This document shows positions 47,701-53,700 of a stretch of 55,493 bases of DNA, in pieces. How positions within the stretch are numbered: the first letter of the stretch is position 1; each line of letters starts with the position of its first letter. A program made the position numbers and the translations under genes. This DNA comes from a virus (taxonomy: Duplodnaviria > Caudoviricetes), in the IMG/VR virus record IMGVR_UViG_3300032266_000647, positions 1-55,493 of that record; one strand, 5' to 3'. Under the pieces are notes generated by a model. The model was not told the DNA's origin. It made no database searches and saw nothing but the letters and a program-made list of their open reading frames with translations.

Positions 47701-50700
47701 GACCCGGACTCGAAGCTGAACAAGATGATCGACGACGTGATCCGCGTCTTCAAAGAGACGGCGGACATGGAGTTCCGTGGGCCGGATAAGAAGGGGCCGG
47801 ACGGCAAGAAGATCAAGGGTTCTGGCGACATTGAGCCGAACAAAGGCGCGGCCATGATGGTCTTCTCCGACCTGGGGTTCGGTGCCGGTGTTACGGAAAG
47901 CCGGGGGTTCAACGCGCGCGCCTGGTTCACCAAGCGCCTGCGCGATGCGGGCGTGCCGGCCGATCAGGTGGCTTTCATGTCGGACTACAAGAAGTCGGCC
48001 GACAAGCTCAAGCTGTTCAAGGATGTCAACGCGGGCCGCGTGCGGATCCTGATTGGCAGCTCGAAGAACATGGGCACCGGCGTCAACGCGCAGCAACGCC
48101 TGAAAGCGCTGTTCCACCTGGATAGCCCCTGGTTCCCGGCGGATCTGGAGCAGCGCGAGGGCCGCATCGTGCGGCAGGGCAACAAGAACCTGCTGGTGCA
48201 GATCTTTGCCTACGCGACCAAGGGCACCTACGACGAAAACATGTGGAAGATGCTCGCCACGAAGCAGTATTTCATCGACCAGGCGATGAGTGGCGACGAC
48301 AACCTGCGCGAGATCGAGGATCTGGACAGTCAAAGCCAGTTCGACATCGCCGCCGGCCTGGTGGCCGAGGATCCGCGCATCTTGCAACTGGCGGGCGTGC
48401 GCGCCGAGATCGACAAGCTGAACCGGTTGTACCAGGCGCACGAAGATCAGCGCGCGCGCTTTCGCCAGCAGTATCAGATGGCGCAGATGGTGGTGGAGTC
48501 CACCGAGCGGCGACTGCCTGAGGCGGTGCAGGCGGCCGAGAAGGTGGTCGATCTGTCCGGAGACAAGTTCCGCGCGAAGGCGATGGGGCGGTCGTTCGAC
48601 GAGCGCGCGAAGTGGGGCGAGTCGTTGATCGCCGCGCTGAAAGACCTGACCGCGAAAGTCGAGACGAAGAAGACCAAGGTCGGAGAGATTTCGGGGTTCC
48701 CGGTCTACTTCATTGGTGAGAACGTGGCCGGCACGTACAGCGGGCGCATTGTGCTGGATGTGCCTAGCCCGGCAACGCTGGTGCTGTCCACCGAGACGGA
48801 TCTGTTCAGCGCGATGGGCCTGGCGATGCGTGCGCAAAATGCCGTGGCCGACGTGGGGCGCCAGCCGGCGCGGATGCGCGAGCGGATGGTCGAGTCACGC
48901 GCGCAGATGGATGCCGTGGCAACGCGCCTGGAGGCGGTATTCCCGATGGCGGGGATGCTGGCCGACAAGCGCAAGGAGGCGACCGAGCTGGAGGCGGCGA
49001 TCGAGGCCGACTCGAAGGAGCGCGACTTCTGGGTCGAGCGCAAGGACACTCGCACCGGCCATACGGTGAAGGCGACCAGCGCGGCCGATGCGATCGAGCG
49101 CGCGGTGAAGACCAACGGCGGAACGCCTGACGACTGGACGGCGATCGAGGGAGGCAAGCCGGAAATCCGGCTGTCGCGGCGCGGGATGGTGGCGGCCGAG
49201 CCGGGCGCCGCCTACAATGCGGGGTATGAAAACGACCTTTTCGGCAACCCGGTACAAGCCCCGCCCGTCGAGCTTGCACGCGCAAAGCGACCTGGTGCCG
49301 CCGGAAACCGGGACGTTCAGCCCGCGCCCGCCGTACTTGGCGATACGCAAGCCCCAGCCGGCGACTACTACGTCCGAACCGTCGTCGGAAAAGTCAGCGA
49401 CCGAAAACTCGGCGCCCCCCGGATCCTGAATGCCGAGGACGCGGCCCAGGCGACCGCGTACCTGTACAAGTCCGCGGTCGAGCGCTTCGACGCGATCGTC
49501 ACCGACAAAGACGGCAAGCCGCTGGCCGTCGTCGGCGGCTTCCGGGGCGCGCTGACGCAAACGTCCGTCTATCCGGCCACCGTGATGGGCGAGGCGATTC
49601 GTGTGCCGGGCGCCGCGAAGATCTGGTTCAGCCACAATCACCCGTCGGGCCTGGCCGTGTTGTCGCGTGCCGACGAGATGCTTTACCAGGCGATGGCCGA
49701 CGTGTTTAACGGCAGCGGCATCGAGCCGATGGGGATCCTGGTTGTTGCTGGACGTCGCTACGAGGCCGCCTTTTCAAATGGGGATCGGGTATCGGGGGGT
49801 GTGAAGGCGCCCGATGCCGCGGGCGCGACCGTGCCCGTCATCGAGCGCAACCTGGAAGACAACCGCGACGATGCCGCCCGGCTCGGCTCGCAGATCAGCA
49901 GCCCGCAGACCGCCAAGAAAACCGCCAAGACGATGTATGACGGCGCCAAAGCGCCGGGGCTGATGCTGCTGGACGCGCAAAATGTTCCGGCGGCGTGGGT
50001 GCCGTTGCCGACGAACACCCTGGGCCGGCTGCGCAACACCGGCGGCCTGGCCGCGCTGTATCGCGCGGTCAGTGAAAGCAACGCGGGGGCGGCGATCATC
50101 GTTCACGCCGGCGAGATGGATGCGCCCGTCGAGCAGAACATCGCAGCCGCGCTGAACAAGCTGGACGTGCGCACGCTGGACGCGATCAACGTCAAGACCG
50201 GCAAGTCGGCCGCCGAGAGCGGGCTGCACCTTGGTCAAGGCCCGGTGCTGTCGCGCGGCACCGCGCCGTCGGCCGGCGGCATGGACATCAAGGCGCTGCA
50301 AGCGGTGCGCGACCGGGTGGCGGCGAAGATGCCGAACATGCCGCGCGTGCATGTGCTGGCCGATCCCGGCAAGGCACCGAAGGCGCTGCGCGAATACATC
50401 ATCCGGCAAGACGCCTGGGGCGATGTCGAGGGCGCAATGCACAACGGCGAGCTGTACCTGTTCGCCTCTGGCCTGTCCGACGCGCTGCGCGCCGAGCATG
50501 TGCTGGCCGAGCATGAGGCCGCGCACGTCGGCCTGCGCGCGGTGCTGGGCGACAAGCTGGGCACCGCGATGAATTTGATCTACGCGCAGAACCCGAAGGT
50601 TCGCGCGGCGGTGTCCGACCTCCAGCGGCGCGGCAAGCTGTCGCGCGCCGAAGCGGTGGAGGAGGCGATCGTGGACATCCCAAGCGCCGAGCTTGCGAAG

Positions 50701-53700
50701 CTGGCAGGCTGGCGCCAGGTGGTCGTGATGGCGCGCGACTGGCTGGCCGACCACGGTTTCACGCGCATGGCGCAGAAGCTGACCGATTGGCTGGATGGCT
50801 CGCTGAGCGACATCGAGCGCGCGGATCTGTTCGTCGCGGAGCTGGTGCGCGCTGCGCGGGACTACGTGGCCGGTCAGCGCGCGGGCCGCCCGGCCAGCGT
50901 GCCGAGCGACATTCGACTGTCAACAACGCTGGCCGATGACATCGACAAGCAAGAGCGTTGGTTGCAGTCCGAGGCGCGCGCCCGCGGGTTCAAGGACATC
51001 GAGGATCTGCTGGCGAAGGACTACCCGCTGTTCGAGAAGCTGGCGGCGCTGTGGCGCAAGAAGAACCCGGCCGAGTCGCTGCTGTCGCGCAATTTCGGGC
51101 TGCCGCTGGTGTCGGCGCAGAGCGAGCTGGACGCGGCGATTGCGGAGGCTGGCGCACAGTTGCAGTCGGCTATGGATGCAAAGCGAGCGGGCCAGCGTGT
51201 CGTGCTTGGGCGGTCGCCTCATGTCCTGAGCATGGTGGCCAGCGCTTCGATGGGGAACCCGCGCCCAATGATGATCGAGCCGCAACTGTTGAACAAGATC
51301 GTTGCGCCACCAGGAACCCGCGTGTCAGAGGACGCGGGCAAGCACTACGGGGATTTGGCCGGCGTCTCTGGCGAGGAATTGGCGCGTGCCATGTATCGCC
51401 CGGCTGCGGTTATCGAAGATACGTCTCAGCAGGGCAACCTGATGATCGTCACCAACATCCTGACGCCCAGTGGGCCGATTGTTGTTTTCGTAGACGTGAA
51501 TGCTCGCGCGTTGGTCAACGGACTGGAAACGCCCGTCGTCATGGCAAAGTCGATCTATGCGCGCAGGGGCGCTCAAATCGCAGACTGGATCAACGGGAAA
51601 ACCCCGGATCGCGTGACGCACTACATCGACCAGGCGCAGATCGGTGAGTCAGTTACGGGACGACCAAACCCTGAAAACGCAAACCCCGCCTTTAAGGGGC
51701 GGGGTTCCGTGCCAGCCTTGGGGACTCTCAACGCCTCCCGGCTCAATGCCGTTTCAGCTACTTTCCCGATCTCCGACAACGCAAATGTACCCGGATTCGG
51801 ATCTGCTGTCAACAGCAACTATCGCGGACTGGCAACGATCGAAGCTGGATTGCAGAAGCTGTTGACTGGCCGCGGACTCAAGCCGGGACTGCGGCCCGCA
51901 AAGACGTATCAGCACCTTCTGGCCTGGATTGGCAAGCACTACAAGGGGGATGTTGCCGATCGGCCGATGTTCTCTCGCGCACCGGCCGTATCGTCCGAGG
52001 CGTTCCGCAAGTGGTTCGGTGACAGCAAGGTGGTCGATGCCGAGGGCAAGCCGCTGGTGGTCTATCACGGCACTGGTGCGACCTTCAACGCCTTCAGCCT
52101 TGACAAGGCCAAAGACGGTGCGCATTGGTTCACGCCGAACGAGCAGCACGCCGGCAGCTTCGGCGCCAACATCAAGACCGTCTATCTGAGGATCGAGAAC
52201 CCGCTGGAAATATCGCAGGACGATCTCGATGCGGAGTGGGACAAGGCGCACCCGGACGGCGAGCAGGATGACCGAAATCTGTTGCCGCGCGACTTTGTTG
52301 AAGTGTTTGTCAAGCGAGCGCGAGCGCAAGGCAAGGACGGCCTAATCATCCGGGACATGGGCGACCGCGATATTCAGTCCGATATGTACCTGCCGCTGCG
52401 CCCCGAGCAGATCAAGTCGGCCATCGGTAACGACGGCACGTTCGACCCGACGAACCCCGACATCCGCATGAGCCGGGCGCCGGCCGCACCGGCACGGAAG
52501 ACCGCGGCCGAGCGCGCCGACGAGATCATCAGCCGTCCGGCCGGCAGCCGGGCGCCGCTGGACGCGATGGCGCGCGGCCTGGCGCGCGTGACCGGAATCG
52601 ACCGCCTGACGGGCGCGATCTACCGGCGTGCGGGCTACCTGCTGGATCGGTACACGCCCGAGCAGGTGAAGGCCGGCGTGATCTCCGACTACGGCGTGCC
52701 CGAGGCGGTGATCGACCAGCGCGCGATGCTCCAGGGCCGTCAGCGCGTGCAGCTCCGGAAGGCCGGCCAGTTGGTCGAGAAGCTGTCCACCCTGACGCGC
52801 GCCGAAAGCCGCGTGGCCTACGAGTGGATGAACATGACCGGCGACGAGGATCCGAGCGCCTACGTGTCGATGATGCAGGGGCTTCCCGAGGAATCGGTGA
52901 AGGTGCTGCAAGACGTTCAGAAGATGATCGACCAGCTCTCGCAAGAAGCGGTGGCACTCGGCCAGCTCGACCCGGACACGTTCAAGCGCAACCGATTTGC
53001 CTACCTGCGTCGCAGCTACGCAAAGCATGTGCTGGAGCAGACGGCGGGCGAGAAGGCAAAGCGCCAGCGCGTGATCTCGATCCTGGGCGATCAGTACCGG
53101 GGCCGCGGCATCAGCGAGTCGGCAGCGATGAAGCAGATGCGCGCGATCGCGCCGGCGTGGTGGAACCGCAAGCTGGTCGCCGGCAAGGCCGACACCGCGC
53201 TGAAAGGCGAGAAGTTCGTGCGGTTGGAGCGGCGCGCCGCCACCGGCGCCGGTACGGCGCCCCTGCCTGGCGTGCAGTCGCAGCGCCCGCAGGGCAAGCT
53301 GCTGGAAGTGGCGTACTGGCCGGCGGCTGATGTTGCCAACATGCCCGCGAAGTATCGGACGGAGTGGGCGCAGGCCGGCACCTTCGAGGTGCGCGACGTG
53401 AAGGGTGAGAACGTCATCCTGTGGCGCGACTACACGAAGGACGAGCGCGAGTCGATGGGCGAGATCGACGAGGCGCGCTTTGCGATCGCCCGCACGCTGC
53501 ACGGCATGATTCACGATGTCGAAGTCGGCCGCTATCTGGACTGGCTGGCGCGCACGCAGGCGAAGCTGGAGGGCCAGTCGATCCCCGGCACCGTGGTCGA
53601 GGCGTCCGAGCGTTACCGCGACACGTTCAAGCCCGACGAGTGGGTCAAGGTGCCCGACACCAAGATCCCCGGTACGTCGGTGCCCAAGTACGGCAAGCTG

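Noticed and set aside
51751-51780. Solitary CRISPR-repeat-like unit (GTT...TGAAAC on -)
   Set aside because: Single copy with no internal palindrome matching a repeat family I recognise; no array or cas genes. A repeat-database search would settle it
51644-51865. Nested +1 ORF of 73 aa
   Set aside because: No SD; local composition is better explained by the antisense promoter and terminator
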